Source: Chrysomallon squamiferum
Lineage: Eukaryota; Animalia; Mollusca
DNA length: 64,000 nt
Assembly (NCBI GenBank): GCA_012295275.1
Contig: CM022676.1
Coordinates: forward strand, 17,484,001-17,548,000
Direction of reading: 5' to 3'
Below the pieces are notes generated by a model. It ran no database searches. It was not told the DNA's origin and was given only the letters and a program-made list of their open reading frames with translations. The position numbers and the translations under genes were made by a program. The number at the start of each line of letters is the position of its first letter. Positions within the stretch are counted from its first letter, which is position 1. Below, in pieces: positions 1 through 13,238 of the stretch.

Positions 1-570
1 TCGTAACAGAAAATAATGAGTTTTTGTTGTTTTTTTTATCGCTAAGAACAGCAAAAATTTCAGGTTGAAATGAGACGAAAAATGACAAACAAAACTTTCA
101 TTTTCTGTGGCCATGTTCCCGCAGCCATTTTTTTTGTACAACGATATCGTTAATATGTTCACAGGATGTTCGTGAACTCGAAGTGTCTTGATGAATGTTG
201 TTAACAAACAGTTCTTAACATCGTCGTTTATTAAAAGTAAGTCGTAACCAAGCGTGATACGCACCGCGCATTCTGCGTACTACACAAAAATCACGAGCTA
301 ATTATCACTAACATCATCCGCTATTGATTATAGTTTCTGTTTTGTTTTAGAACCATCTTCTTGGTTTCTCAGCCATGTTTAATTTGATTAGTTCACCAGG
401 CGGGTCGAAATTTATGAACTGATTTCGTATTGATATTGGTAAAATAGACGTGGTCTTTAGATATCAAAATTCAGCACTGCACGAAAAGAACATATGGCCA
501 TTTATTATTCAAACGACATCGTATAAACGTTTTGTTTAACTGAGTTATAATGAATTATAATGTATAACCG

Positions 571-602
<32 letters not shown>

Positions 603-740
603 CATATTAACACACACACAGAAACACACACACACACACACACACACATATAATAACCGTTCTAGGTTAAGCAACGCATGTTGTGTCTAAAATATGAATT
701 CAAAACATGGAGAGGTAAAACAATAATCCTAAACTTCATC

Positions 741-863
<123 letters not shown>

Positions 864-965
864 AAAGAAAGAAATATAGACAATCACACAACCTACATTA
901 TTTGTGTTTAACGAAAAGGTAAAACTTGCTATTAGGAAGACAATGTACACATTATGTGTGTGTCT

Positions 966-1072
<107 letters not shown>

Positions 1073-1228
1073 CAATAACATTGTTATATTGGTTTAAGTT
1101 AAGTTGCAGATGAGAAGAATCATTTCTTCTAAAATTGTATTTATGTGAGAAAAATTCTTAAAACATTTGAGAAAAATATAGTTCCTTTAAAAAAAAAACA
1201 CTAAAATTAAAACAACCTATTTTATAAA

Positions 1229-1520
1229 TAAAGATAAACTGTGAGCTAAATATAGTATTTATGTAAAAAACTAAGTAGACTGTGTACAAAGATAAACTGT
1301 CAGCTGAATGTAATGTTTATGTAAAACTAAGTAGACTGTGGACAAAGATAAACTGTCAGATAAATCTGGTATTTATGTAAAAAAAAAATAAGTAGACTGC
1401 GTACAAAGATAAACTGTCAGCTAAATCTAGTATGTATGTAAAAATTAAGAAGACTGTGTACAAAGATAAACTGTCAGCTAAATTTAGTATTTATGTAAAC
1501 ATTTAGAAGATTGTGTAGAA
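1229..1520 (+). repeat. ~59-bp tandem repeat, ~5 copies
   Basis: Unit aaagataaactgtcagctaaatctagtatttatgtaaaa...aagtagactgtgtac recurs. Confidence 0.9.
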
Positions 1521-1727
1521 ATTTACTTGGCATGACTGTTTCTTGGTTTGTTCAGGTCTTAAAAATTTAGAAAAATTTGTTTTAACTGTGGTAAAATGGT
1601 TATTGAAATCCAGCGTAAGTTTGTCGGTTTTTTCGTGGTGTGTGCGCTTTTGTGTGATTTTGTGTGTGTGTTTCTTTACATATAATTATTATCACGGATA
1701 TTAAATAAACGTTGTAAACACCCTAAC

Positions 1728-1776
<49 letters not shown>

Positions 1777-2394
1777 TGTATTATTATTAGTAGTAGTAGT
1801 AGTAATAGTAGTAGTAGTTGTAGTTATGAGTTTCTTTATAATGTTCACTTTGTTATTTAAAAATTAAGACCATTTATTAAAATTTTGCTTTAAAGTATGT
1901 TATCATTATTTTATTTTATTGTTCACGTAGGAAACACGTTTTAATTTATAAACAGAGTAAATCGTCGCTTAATACATGGATGATTACACTACATCATTTC
2001 CAATGGAAATGGGGAAAACCCTGTACAAAAATAACTGTCCAATCAAAATATTTGATTTGATCGGTGACATTCGGGCTTTTCAAATACCTATAAATAACAT
2101 TAACATAATAGTATGTTGTTCTACTAACCATCAACGATTTACTAAACAACTAATACTGAAGCGTATTAATTCAGTGCAATCCTTTCCTCAGCAATTCCAC
2201 AATTAATCATACTAAATCAAATACCACCTGTATACATTCCAGCTTGCGTCTATTTCTAGATGGCGCTGCAATAAGTACCTCCGCCCACTTGGCTGAATTC
2301 TTGTAACAACTCGCCACTTGTAGACAACATCTGATAAATAAACAGCTCAAGTTTAAATGTTAGTCACTGAAGCTTCATAACAGAATTGTTGCAA

Positions 2395-2600
2395 ACAAAA
2401 CATTTTTGTTACAATAAATGCACAAGTGATTAACGCCTACTAAAACACGAGAAAACCCCGATATGTTTTATCGGTTTCGGTAAAGGATTTCCCAAACATG
2501 CACAAGATGGAGAAAAATGTCAGCGCTGAGAACAGAATTGTGGATGTAAGTACTTCAGTACTGACAGAGGTACGAAGAATGTTTATAGCACATCAAGTGT
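2395..2600 (+). pseudogene. Transposase exon 1: degenerate THAP-like Zn finger
   Basis: One frame reads TKHFCYNKCTSD*R...GFPKHAQDGEKCQR*EQNCGCKYFSTDRGTKNVY, matching the CxxxxC..SDxR..FPK..EKCxRW..CGR..TK.Y THAP-like pattern. Confidence 0.75.
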
Positions 2601-3540
2601 GGAGCTCAGGTAGATCAACATTTTTCTTTATAATAAAAGTAAGGGGTGTGTCGGGGATTACGTTTTGACATGTCTGGTGTCTGGACAGTACCAACAGTGT
2701 CTGCTCAGTTTTGAACAAACATACATGAATCATTCCATAGAGTTTAGTTATATATATTTTAGTAAAACAATAATAATAGCAATAATAATAACAACAACGT
2801 TTATATGTTTACCTGTTTGTTGTTGTTTATTGTTGGTTAATTATTATTATTATTATTATTATTAATTGATTTTTTTTTTTTTAATCGTGAAGAGATTAAA
2901 TAAACTGATAAGCAAAAGTAAACTAAGAAACAAACAGATCACTTCACTTTCAGGTTCTATATTACTGCTTTGCAAAGTAAAACATGTTTTCTAAATATTT
3001 CCTGTACTAAATCATAAATATTTTATTTCATTTCATAATCTAATTATGGCTACAGTATTATAAAAGTAATTATAATTATGCTATTATTTTTTTTTTTAAT
3101 TATTATTATAATTGTTTTTTTTAAATAATTTACATGTTTAGTAATAGGAAATATACATCAGTTACCATTTATACCTAAACATTTTGTTGAAATATTAAAA
3201 TCAAACTGCAGTTTTAAAATGTCTGATACTAAGAGAACTGAGACAATGTTTTTTTTTTTTTTAGTTTCAAAAGGTCTGCTTGAAAGGTGGGTAGAAACTT
3301 GTATAAATTGTTTCCTCACAGCAAAGTCCAGTCTACGTTTGAGGAACTACTTAAAGCTCTGTTGACCTGTATCAAACCAAACCACAATGTCCTGAGACTT
3401 TGAAATAACCACATATGTAATGAGATAAACTCTAAAACACACTTCACAATTCAGGTTTACTTCTATCACATAACTCAGTACTCTGATGCACATACAGAAG
3501 GAAAGTCTGTCTGTTATCTGATAGAATTATACGTCAGTGA

Positions 3541-3595
3541 ATCACGTGCTGGTCACGTGTATGTGCTTGTCACGTGTCCTTCAGCTGACGTCAGC
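3541..3595. promoter_or_regulatory. Cluster of three CACGTG E-boxes plus palindromic CRE
   Basis: CACGTG at 3543, 3554 and 3571; TGACGTCA at 3586-3593 inside GCTGACGTCAGC. Confidence 0.5.
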
Positions 3596-4479
3596 CTGTC
3601 CTGTCAACAAGTTCACTAACATTCTGTGCTGTCCATTATGTTGTTTACAGATTCCACGTTATTATTTTTACATCAGAGAGGCTTTGTTTTCAGATTCCAC
3701 GTTATTATTTTTACATCAGAGACGCTTTGTCAGGCTTCCCTTTTGTGGCCTGCATCAACTTGATACTGAAGTATTTTGTCAGTTCTAGCAGTGATCATCA
3801 TAATCATGTACCTGTTTGTCAAAGATGAAGGAGTCATTTGCATTTAGCAGCATTTCCCAAACATGTTGTCTCATTCTTTAGGTGTCACCTGATGTTTTCT
3901 TCTAAGAGTCTTGTGTGTAAGAGTTGTCTTCAGTTGGAAAAATTGAGATGAATGATTTAATTAGAGCCTTTTCTTCATCTGATCTGTTATGTTTTGTTTT
4001 TATTTTGAAATATTTTTACATTAATTACAAACTATGTTATGAAAATAAAAATTGAGTGAAGCTGTGTTCATCATAATTAGTAAGTACTGTATAATAGTTA
4101 TTAATAAGATATATGATAGATTTATTTTGATACTGTCTGAGTTTTATTGACATGAATTTCTGTTGTGGACTCAGTCTTTTAAAGACTGATCAAGGTTCTT
4201 TAATGTTTAAGTCATTCTTCTAATTATTGGCTTTTTAATGTTTAAATATTTGTTTTTCATTCTTTCAATATTTTGTTAAAATATTTAAAATCATTTATGA
4301 TAATTTGAAATTTTATTTTTTCAATTTCTTGCTGTTATTATTTTAAAAGTTTAAAAGTACACTTTCTTTTTATTATTTTATTCTTACTATTCTGTAAAGA
4401 GAAAGTACTACTATTATATCATGATTAATATTAGAATTATGCAAGTGCCTGTTCTCATTATTATTATTATTATTAATAA

Positions 4480-4517
<38 letters not shown>

Positions 4518-6723
4518 TTAAAATACTAATAATGTAGTATTATTATAATTTGTAAAATGAATTTGTAGAAAGACTTAAAAGAATAGATGACATTCAGTCT
4601 GTTTTCACAGGAAGTCACTAAATACAATTGTTTATGAATTGTTCATGTTCTGAAATATAGATAACCATTGCTTTCTGTAACAAATGTTTGTTTAAAACTT
4701 AATATTGACTTAAATTTCTTTTTAAAGTGTTATTCTTGAGCTCAAAGAAAAGACATATGAAAAAAAAAATGAATAGTAATCACTAAGGACAGATGTCCAA
4801 AATTATTAAACTTTGTGTTTCTTAGTTGATTTAATGATGAGAGGTCATTTTTTTAATATTTTCATTTAAAGTTATTATTAACAGTTCTTGAATGCTAAAG
4901 TCTTGCTTAGATTTTTTATTTACAAAAGAGTAAATGTAAGCAGTGTTATCAGTACTTTTTTATTAGTTCAGTCTGAATATAAAATACCAGGATTTTAAAA
5001 TCAGTTAAAGTGTATTCACTGAATTTTCTACAAACAAGAATGACAAAGTTTATTAGTAAATGTGGCTTTGTAACATTAACATAAATACTGTTTTAAATTT
5101 AGTGCCACAAAAGGAAGGTCAGTTTGATGCAGTGTTTACAAATAAAATGTATGTGTTAAATTACATCAAAGTGTAAGATAACTTGTAACATAAGATATAA
5201 ACACAGTACTCTCCTAACAAAGCTTTAACAAAAAACTTTTCTATTTTTCTCATGTTGTATATAAAAACTAAAATCAGTTTGGAAATGGATGATATGTTGT
5301 TTGTTTCTTGCTGAAAGCATTGATGCAACATCAGTTCAGGTTTTGTTAACTTGCTAGTATTTATTCATTTTCTCTCTGCCAAAATCTTGGTTTTGCACAC
5401 TGTCTGGTGATAGTCATTATGTTATAGAATGACAGCTAGTCTCTGTTTTTCTGTATTAAATGACTTATCTTTTTGTTTGCACAATGGATCTGATGAAATC
5501 TCTTCTATTAATTTCACTTTAAAATGCATTGTCATCTTTTAGATCACTCTGACCATTATGAATGCAATAAACAACACAAAATGTGCTCACATGTATTTAT
5601 GCAGATTCTACTTTTCACACTAAATGTAAATGAGTGAATTTACTTAAGAATCACAGCACAACAAAAATAGTCTCGTTCATCCAGCTGAAGATATTATTAC
5701 AAGACATGGATCATTGTTTATTAATCCTTCAAAGAAGTGTGATCATTTCTTCTCACACTGTAGTCTAATTACACGCAAATTACTGCCATTGTTTAACAAG
5801 TGAAACTATTTCTAACACTGTGTGAAGAAAAATTCCTGGCAGGCTCAGTAAATTGTTACAGACACTGCAGACTAAATGGGTGATTCTCAACTGGAATTGC
5901 ACAAGCAGTGACATTTTTATTTTTATTGTGACACACTCTGTAAAGAAAAATTCCTCAGAGACTGAGTAAATTGTTAGATCTATCGATGATTCTCAATTGG
6001 GGTTCCACAAGAGATCTCTAGGTGTTCTGCAATAAACAGTGATAGATACACTAACCTATTTCTGATACATTTGTGTATTATTAAATGTGTGACTGGGTGA
6101 TTGAATCTTCTGGACATTTTTACCTTGATTTAGCTCAAATAAAAATACAATAATGTAATAGTTATCTGGTTTCATTCTTTTTTGTGTGTGTGTTTTACAC
6201 ATGTCATATTGGTTCTTTATATTTATTATTTTTGTGTTGTTCACAGATGTGTTATTTTTTTATTATTATTTTGTTTAATATTAACTTTTTAGTTTTTTAT
6301 ATATCTATCACTTGTAAGGTGAAATGTGTTCCAGTTAGATTAATTTAACATTAATTAATGAACTGTAACTATTATGTCATCGCAATACTGATTATTCTAA
6401 TATTATAATTATAACAGTAAAAAATGTAAATGCAAATAAATAATACAGAGCTAAATACTATATTAGTATGAGCTATATTCATAACTGCGATATTCATATT
6501 TACTATTTTCATATCCATGTTGAAATTCACTATAATTTTTGTTAAGATATATATATATATATATAAAAAAAATAATAATAATACAACAAAAAAAATAACA
6601 AGAACATGAAATAACTACAAAAAATATAAAACAAATATATTTTTTGGTAATTGGAAACATTAGAGCTTCGTTGGACCAGTTATTGGACAATATAATTGTC
6701 GTTTTAAATTTCTTTAATTTGTA

Positions 6724-6759
<36 letters not shown>

Positions 6760-7035
6760 AGATAAGAGAAATATGAAGAAATAGTATTTGATTAACATTC
6801 AGTATTAGTTCAAAACAAAAGTGTTACAGCCTTAAATACAAAATTACAACTATTTGCAGAACATGTATTTATAAATGATTGAATTAGTTATTATTCCCAG
6901 AATAAATTTAGTTTGAATTACATGCCTCTGAACTGGTTATAGTAAGTATAGATACATTGATATATACAGACATACATGTTGTAGGGAAAATATTTATTTG
7001 AAAATAACATCCAACTACATTTTTTAACATTTCAG

Positions 7036-7159
7036 CATTTTGTTGATAAGACTGGACAGTTATTTCCTGACCGATGACAAGCAGATCATTTTACTTCGAA
7101 CCCATAATCAGCCTGGAAGCCACCTTCAAAAAGAAGAAGTTAAATATGGCTACTCAAGG
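7036..7159 (+). pseudogene. Transposase exon 2 (THAP HF motif and basic linker)
   Basis: tttcag acceptor and gtaggt donor; reads HFVDKTGQLFPDR*...WKPPSKRR, supplying the HF that completes THAP. Confidence 0.65.
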
Positions 7160-7679
7160 GTAGGTTTAATTAGTTTAGCTTTGATTTGAAACACATGTGC
7201 CAACCTTTAATTTTCTTACATCTGTTCCAGTTTTCTTCATGCATAAGTAATCAAATCAAAACTTTCTTTATGAACCACAATCTACAAAAATATTCCACTA
7301 AACCATTACCAGGGGACTAATCATTTTTCAATCTAATTATAGTAATATTTTAAAAATACAATACATTTTTTTCTTTTATTACAAATGTGTATCTTTGTAA
7401 ACAAAGCTTTAACACTGCTTCTAGTATTTAATTAACAGTTAAATTATTGCTAATTATATTTATTGAGAGTATGAAATAAATAGAGAATTGCACAGTACAA
7501 GCCTATATGTTGATGTTATTTATTTAAATTAATGCTAACTGCTGCATTTTTGCATAGTTTAAATATTAATTTGTTTTAATTCAAGAATTTTGTTGCCATG
7601 TTTTTAATGTGACATGATTAACATGGAAAACAAGAGATATGCAGTTTTTATATTTATTGCACTGTTGTTGTTTTTTCAG

Positions 7680-7782
7680 ACAAGAAGCTGTTCTGTGTGT
7701 GGAGAATGAAAACTTTGAAGATAATGTTACCAAAGAAGTAGAGGACAGTTTGATATGTGATCCAGTCAAACTGATTCAAACT
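7680..7782 (+). pseudogene. Probable transposase exon 3 (acidic linker)
   Basis: ttttttcag acceptor, gtaaga donor, open acidic frame QEAVLCVENENFEDNVTKEVEDSL. Confidence 0.5.
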
Positions 7783-7997
7783 GTAAGAATAAACATAAAA
7801 AAATGGATCTGTACACAGAGAACAATGCTAACACATTTTTTTCCAGACTGCAAGTATACCATAATATTGTGAGATAAAAAAAATGGTGATCCACCTGGTA
7901 TTTCACACACAAACACACACACAGAACAAAATAACTCTCACTTAAAACGTACATTTATTAGCATAGTACTATTAAGTAATAAAATTCAGCACTGAAT

Positions 7998-8717
7998 TCA
8001 CAGTAGTTTCACATGTTGAAAACAAAAGTCATATAATCTGTTTAACATGTTCTGCATAAAAAGAGTATTAGAAATAATCCTCTAATAAACAAATCCTTTC
8101 TTGTGCACACCACAAATTCACTCAAATCAGCTCCAGACACCAGTAGTTGGCCCTGGACTTGAGAATAGCACATGTGGTCCTCTCTCACATGCAGTAAGTC
8201 AGTATTTTCAAGTTAAAAACTGGGGACAGCACATGCTTTTTCAGAGATCTCTGGCTGAATATGCAGACTTGATTGGTCCAGTTCTTTCCTTTCTCACACA
8301 CCTGTCTATCAGGTGTGGCACTTAGAACTTAAAAAGCTGAATTCACAATCAGGTCACATCATGAACTTGGTTAGCTGTCTTTTTTTGTAATGTTCTACAC
8401 CCTCTATTCAGCATTCTTCCCAGAGATAAATATTTTAATTAAACATAATAAAAATTTGTTTGTGAACTTTTACCATTTTAAAATAGTTCCCAAATTCAGA
8501 GCAGTCAATCGTTCTTTCCACTCTATAGCCAAAACAGAACTTCTGGCCTGATCTCTAATGTTTTTTCAGTCAGCAAACAATCAGCAAACAATCTAGTTAT
8601 TTTAGTGATTTGTCCTGCATATTGATCATTAAGAGTCACTATCAAAGGCTGTCTAAACTCCAGATTTCCACACACAGTTCCAACATGTTTTCCTGCAAAG
8701 TTTCTAAAATATTTTCC
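7998..8717 (-). pseudogene. YqaJ-like (lambda-exonuclease fold) nuclease, terminal exon, degenerate
   Basis: Minus-strand acceptor tttattatttcag; motifs ERLTALNLG, LSATPD, AYSARD, YSQVQGQLLVSGA..EFVVCT, FMQNMLNRLYDF; AATAAA downstream near 7955. Confidence 0.85.
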
Positions 8718-8933
8718 CTGAAATAATAAACAAAAAAGCATTAATAATTAATTAAATATAGTAAAACTGACACATATATACTGTCAGCAGATCTGTTAGA
8801 GCAATTTGAGGGAAGTAATTTTGAAGGATTTTTCTCCCTCTGTTTGCAAGGTAAAACTAACCAGTATATATATATGAAATGATAACATGCATTTAAAGCT
8901 TTAATTCACAAAAGGCATTTTTTTTTGTTTCAG

Positions 8934-11890
8934 GGGTTGAACCAGTGCATTTCTTGTTCTTAGTTGTGGAGAATACAATTCTGAAGACTGATATTAATAT
9001 GAAGAGGAAGCTAATGGAAAGTCAAAAAGAGTGTGAATTATTGTCCAAACAGAAAACACTTACTTTTTCAGTTGAAGTTGTTTCTCAAGATAAAAAATTT
9101 AAAAAAATTAAATCAACTTTTAAAATATTATACTGTGTTTGATAGAAAATCATTTATGGCACATTTAAATTCTTGTACCCAAATGTAATATTTTTACATA
9201 TATTGGGAAAGGGAATATTTCCCTAATAAACAGCTTCTCTTTAGGTAACCTGTTATTTCTTTCTCTGTGTAAGCTGTTATTTCTTACTCTGTGTAAGCTG
9301 TTATTTCTTACTCTGTGTAAGCTGTTATTTCTTACTCTGTGTAAGCTGTTATTTCTTACTCTGTGTAAGCTGTTATTTCTTACTCTGTGTAAGCTGTTAT
9401 TTCTTACTCTGTGTAAGCTGTTATTTCTTACTCTGTGTAACCTGTTATTTCTTACTCTGTGTAACCTGTTATTTCTTACTCTGTGTAAGCTGTTATTTCT
9501 TACTCTGTGTAAGCTGTTATTTCTTTCTCTGTGTAAGCTGTTATTTCTTACTCTGTGTAAGCTGTTATTTCTTACTCTGTGTAAGCTGTTATTTCTTACT
9601 CTGTGTAAGCTGTTATTTCTTACTCTGTGTAACCTGTTATTTCTTACTCTGTGTAAGCTGTTATTTCTAACTCTGTGTAAGCTGTTATTTCTTACTCTGT
9701 GTAAGCTGTTATTTCTTACTCTGTGTAAGCTGTTATTTCTTACTCTGTGTAAGCTGTTATTTCTTACTCTGTGTAAGCTGTTATTTCTTACTGTGTTATT
9801 TCTTACTCTGTGTAAGCTGTTATTTCTTACTCTGTGTAAGCTGTTATTTCTTTCTCTGTGTAAGCTGTTATTTCTTTCTCTGTTATGTTATTTCTTTCTC
9901 TGTGTAAGCTGTTATTTCTTACTCTGTGTAAGCTGTTATTTCTTACTCTGTGTAGTGTTATTTCTTACTCTGTGTAAGCTGTTATTTCTTACTCTGTGTA
10001 AGCTGTTATTTCTTACTCTGTGTAAGCTGTTATTTCTTACTCTGTGTAAGCTGTTATTTCTTTCTCTGTGTAAGCTGTTTATTTCTTACTTTATTTCTTA
10101 CTCTGTGTAAGCTGTTATTTCTTACTCTGTGTAAGCTGTTATTTCTTACTCTGTGTAAGCTGTTATTTCTTACTCTGTGTAAGCTGTTATTTCTTACTCT
10201 GTGTAAGCTGTTATTTCTTTCTCTGTGTAAGCTGTTATTTCTTTCTCTGTGTAAGCTGTTATTTCTTTCTCTGTGTAAGCTGTTATTTCTTTCTGTGTGT
10301 AAGCTGTTATTTCTTACTCTGTGTAAGCTGTTATTTCTTACTCTGTGTAAGCTGTTATTTCTTTCTCTGTGTAAGCTGTTATTTCTTTCTCTGTGTAAGC
10401 TGTTATTTCTTTCTCTGTGTAAGCTGTTATTTCTTACTCTGTGTAAGCTGTTATTTCTTACTCTGTGTAAGCTGTTATTTCTTACTCTGTGTAAGCTGTT
10501 ATTTCTTACTCTGTGTAAGCTGTTATTTCTTACTCTGTGTAACCTGTTATTTCTTACTCTGTGTAAGCTGTTATTTCTTACTCTGTGTAAGCTGTTATTT
10601 CTTACTCTGTGTAAGCTGTTATTTCTTACTCTGTGTAAGCTGTTATTTCTTACTCTTGTAAGCTGTTATTTCTTACTCTGTGTAAGCTGTTATTTCTTAC
10701 TCTGTGTAAGCTGTTATTTCTTACTCTGTGTAAGCTGTTATTTCTTACTCTGTGTAAGCTGTTATTTCTTACTCTGTGTAAGCTGTTATTTTCTGTGTGT
10801 GGCTGTTATTTCTTTCTCTGTGTAAGCTGTTATTTCTTACTCTGTGTAAGCTGTTATTTCTTACTCTGTGTAAGCTGTTATTTCTTACTCTGTGTAAGCT
10901 GTTATTTCTTACTCTGTGTAAGCTGTTATTTCTTACTCTGTGTAAGCTGTTATTTCTTACTCTGTGTAAGCTGTTATTTCTTACTCTGTGTAAGCTGTTA
11001 TTTCTAACTCTGTGTAAGCTGTTATTTCTTACTCTGTGTAAGCTGTTATTTCTTTCTCTGTGTAAGCTGTTATTTCTTACTCTGTGTAAGCTGTTATTTC
11101 TTACTCTGTGTAAGCTGTTATTTCTTACTCTGTGTAAGCTGTTATTTCTTACTCTGTGTAAGCTGTTATTTCTTACTCTGTGTAAGCTGAGGAATAATTT
11201 AGATCTGCCACACTCAGGACACAGATTTGGTCTTACTCAGCAAGTGACAGATATAATTTTCAATTCATGGCTCAACTGAATGTTTCTAAGGTTTGAAGAA
11301 GTCAGTATTTGGCCACAGAGATATATTTTATATGGAAACCTGCCTGATGACTACATGGAGGAGTTTCCTAATACTTTTGCTATAGTTTGCTGCACTGAAA
11401 TGAAATTTCAAAAATTCTCTTCACTGAAAGTCCAGTTCTAAATATCCAGTGACTACAAATCTGCTAACAGTCTGAAGTCACTAGCAGTTGTAGATTCCAC
11501 AGGCTGCATTATATTTAGTTCTGTGTCGTTTGGTGGTTCAATGTCTGACAAAGATATATTAATAAAAAGTGGTTCTCAGTCTACCCTTAAACAACTTGTT
11601 GAAAATCTGTTATCTTAATAAAGGGGATGGTATCATGGGTGATAAAAGTTTCGACATTAAAAAGTAAATTGAAGAAACAGGACTTAGATTAAATAGTCCA
11701 CCATTTCCAACATCAGGATCACAAATGAGTGAGCACGATGTACTTTTAACAAAGAAAATAGCAAAACATTGTGTACATGTTGAAAAACCTATCAGATACA
11801 TACAAGTTTTTAATATATTAAGTGGCAAATTTTCAGTGTGTATGATGTCTGCTATTGATCAAATATGGTATGTGTGTTCATTTAAAAAGA
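8934..11890 (+). pseudogene. Transposase last exon: HTH_Tnp_4 + DDE_Tnp_4 (Harbinger/ISL2EU-type), interrupted by a minisatellite
   Basis: gtttcag acceptor; FKYYT, LFLTLCKLRNN..RFG..IFNSWLN, IWP, FPNTFAIVCCTE (first catalytic D lost), SDYKS.NSLK, GGSMSDK, GDGIMGDKSFDI, LNSPPF, TKKIAKHCVHVEK, IDQIWYVC. Confidence 0.92.
9247..11189 (+). repeat. 24-bp minisatellite (ctgttatttcttactctgtgtaag)n, ~80 copies
   Basis: Directly visible, with few variants (ttct/tact, aacc/aagc, short deletions). Confidence 0.98.
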
Positions 11891-11951
11891 AAAATAATTC
11901 TAACACCATGTATTTAAAAAAAGTAAATTTACTACAACATGAAAGCCTTAC

Positions 11952-12091
11952 ATGTGTTGAAAGTCCACTGCCTGTAGGAACATTTCCAACATGTGTGTAT
12001 GGTATTTTCACAGATGTTTGTCAGATAGCTCATGGAAGATGCATGTAGACTTTTGAGGTGATCAGCATCTTCACTTTTAACTCTGACCTTC
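11952..12091 (-). pseudogene. Internal exon of the SWIM-YqaJ gene
   Basis: ttttacag acceptor and gtaagg donor; encodes HVGNVPTGSGLSTH, resembling the GxVPxGSxLSYQ motif upstream of YqaJ in these ORFs. Confidence 0.65.
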
Positions 12092-12519
12092 CTGTAAAAA
12101 AAACAATATGCTTATGACGATCATGTGACAAAATGAAATTAATAAAAGACAAGAATATTATTTTTAGTAAATGATAAAGTATAATAACAATATCACGTAG
12201 CATATTATGATAAATTATATCTGAATTGATATTTTACTACTGTGTACTTGCTCTACATACTGTAAACTTTATTGTAATAATGAATTGTTTAAACTGAACT
12301 TCTGTTGTTTTACTACATTTGTATACAATATCATCAGTTTGTCATGTTATTTTGATGTTTGTTCCATTTGGTTTATGTATTTATTTGTATCTGTTTTTGT
12401 ATTTCTTTCTTGCTGGTTTACAGAACTCATCACAAGACAACAAAGTAGATTTGTTTATTTACACACAAACACTGTCATTAACACTACAAAATGTCTGTTG
12501 TGAAAAGCACACAAACAAA

Positions 12520-12990
12520 TGTACTATGCCTGCAGTCTGTCAGTGTATTCTGCATTGGTCTTTTCTTTCAGTCTGGCTTTGGGTTGACAAATGTTATATG
12601 GGCACATCTGTACTGTGCCTGCAGTCTGTCAGTGTATTCTGCATTGGTCTTTTCTTTCAGTCTGGCTTTGGGTTGACAAATGTTATATGGGCACATCTGT
12701 AGCTGGGATCTTCAGACCTCTTGGCATATTGCACTGCTCTGGAAGTAACACTGAAGAAAGTTGTCTGGAAACTTCCATAAAACCCATCATCAGCCATTTA
12801 GAGCCAAGATAAACCCAACTACACGGGAACATGATCCACCAGATCTGCAATAAGATATTTATTTTAGTCTACATGTGTTTGGGTGTTGTGAAGTGTATTA
12901 ATTGTAAGAACTGCAGTACTGACAGGTACATGTCAGACCTGCACAGTGTAGACTACCAGCCCAACCCAGCATAGTCTCAGTGTAACAAGA
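12520..12990 (-). pseudogene. SWIM zinc-finger exons of the SWIM-YqaJ gene
   Basis: CTC near 12925, then acceptor ttattgcag at 12845 and SGGSCSRVVGFIL...LLPEQCNMPRG, resembling CxC..CSHV..SLPQQWxxPRG; includes an 89-bp tandem duplication at 12520-12698. Confidence 0.65.
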
Positions 12991-13029
12991 GTGAATAAAC
13001 AAATTACACACAATACACCATTAGTTAGC

Positions 13030-13225
13030 TTCATACACTGATTATTTGTTTATTTCATATATTCATATATATATATATATGAAATATACTTATCTCATAC
13101 ACTGATTATTTGTTTATTTCATATATTCATATATATATATATATATATATGAAATATACTTATCTCATACACTGATTATTTGTTTATTTCATATATTCAT
13201 ATATATATCAGATATACTTATCTCA
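13030..13225 (+). repeat. ~63-70 bp tandem repeat with (AT)n core, 3 copies (5 in mirror 54740-55070)
   Basis: ctcatacactgattatttgtttatttcatatattcatata...gaaatatacttat repeated. Confidence 0.85.
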
Positions 13226-13238
13226 TTGTGCACGGAAA

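Larger units (their letters stand above)
2395..12990. mobile_element. Decayed ISL2EU-like DNA transposon (THAP-HTH-DDE transposase plus SWIM-YqaJ nuclease); termini not located
   Basis: THAP, HTH_Tnp_4/DDE_Tnp_4 and opposite-strand YqaJ remnants co-occur, the domain set known for ISL2EU; many stops and frameshifts. Confidence 0.8.

Noticed and set aside
1994-2010. Palindrome catttccaatggaaatg as a transposon terminus
   Set aside because: No matching inverted copy found at the other end of the element
9247-11189. CRISPR-like array or a real LLFLTLCK repeat protein
   Set aside because: Head-to-tail units with no spacers in eukaryotic DNA; frame-breaking variants and a dead host gene rule out a protein
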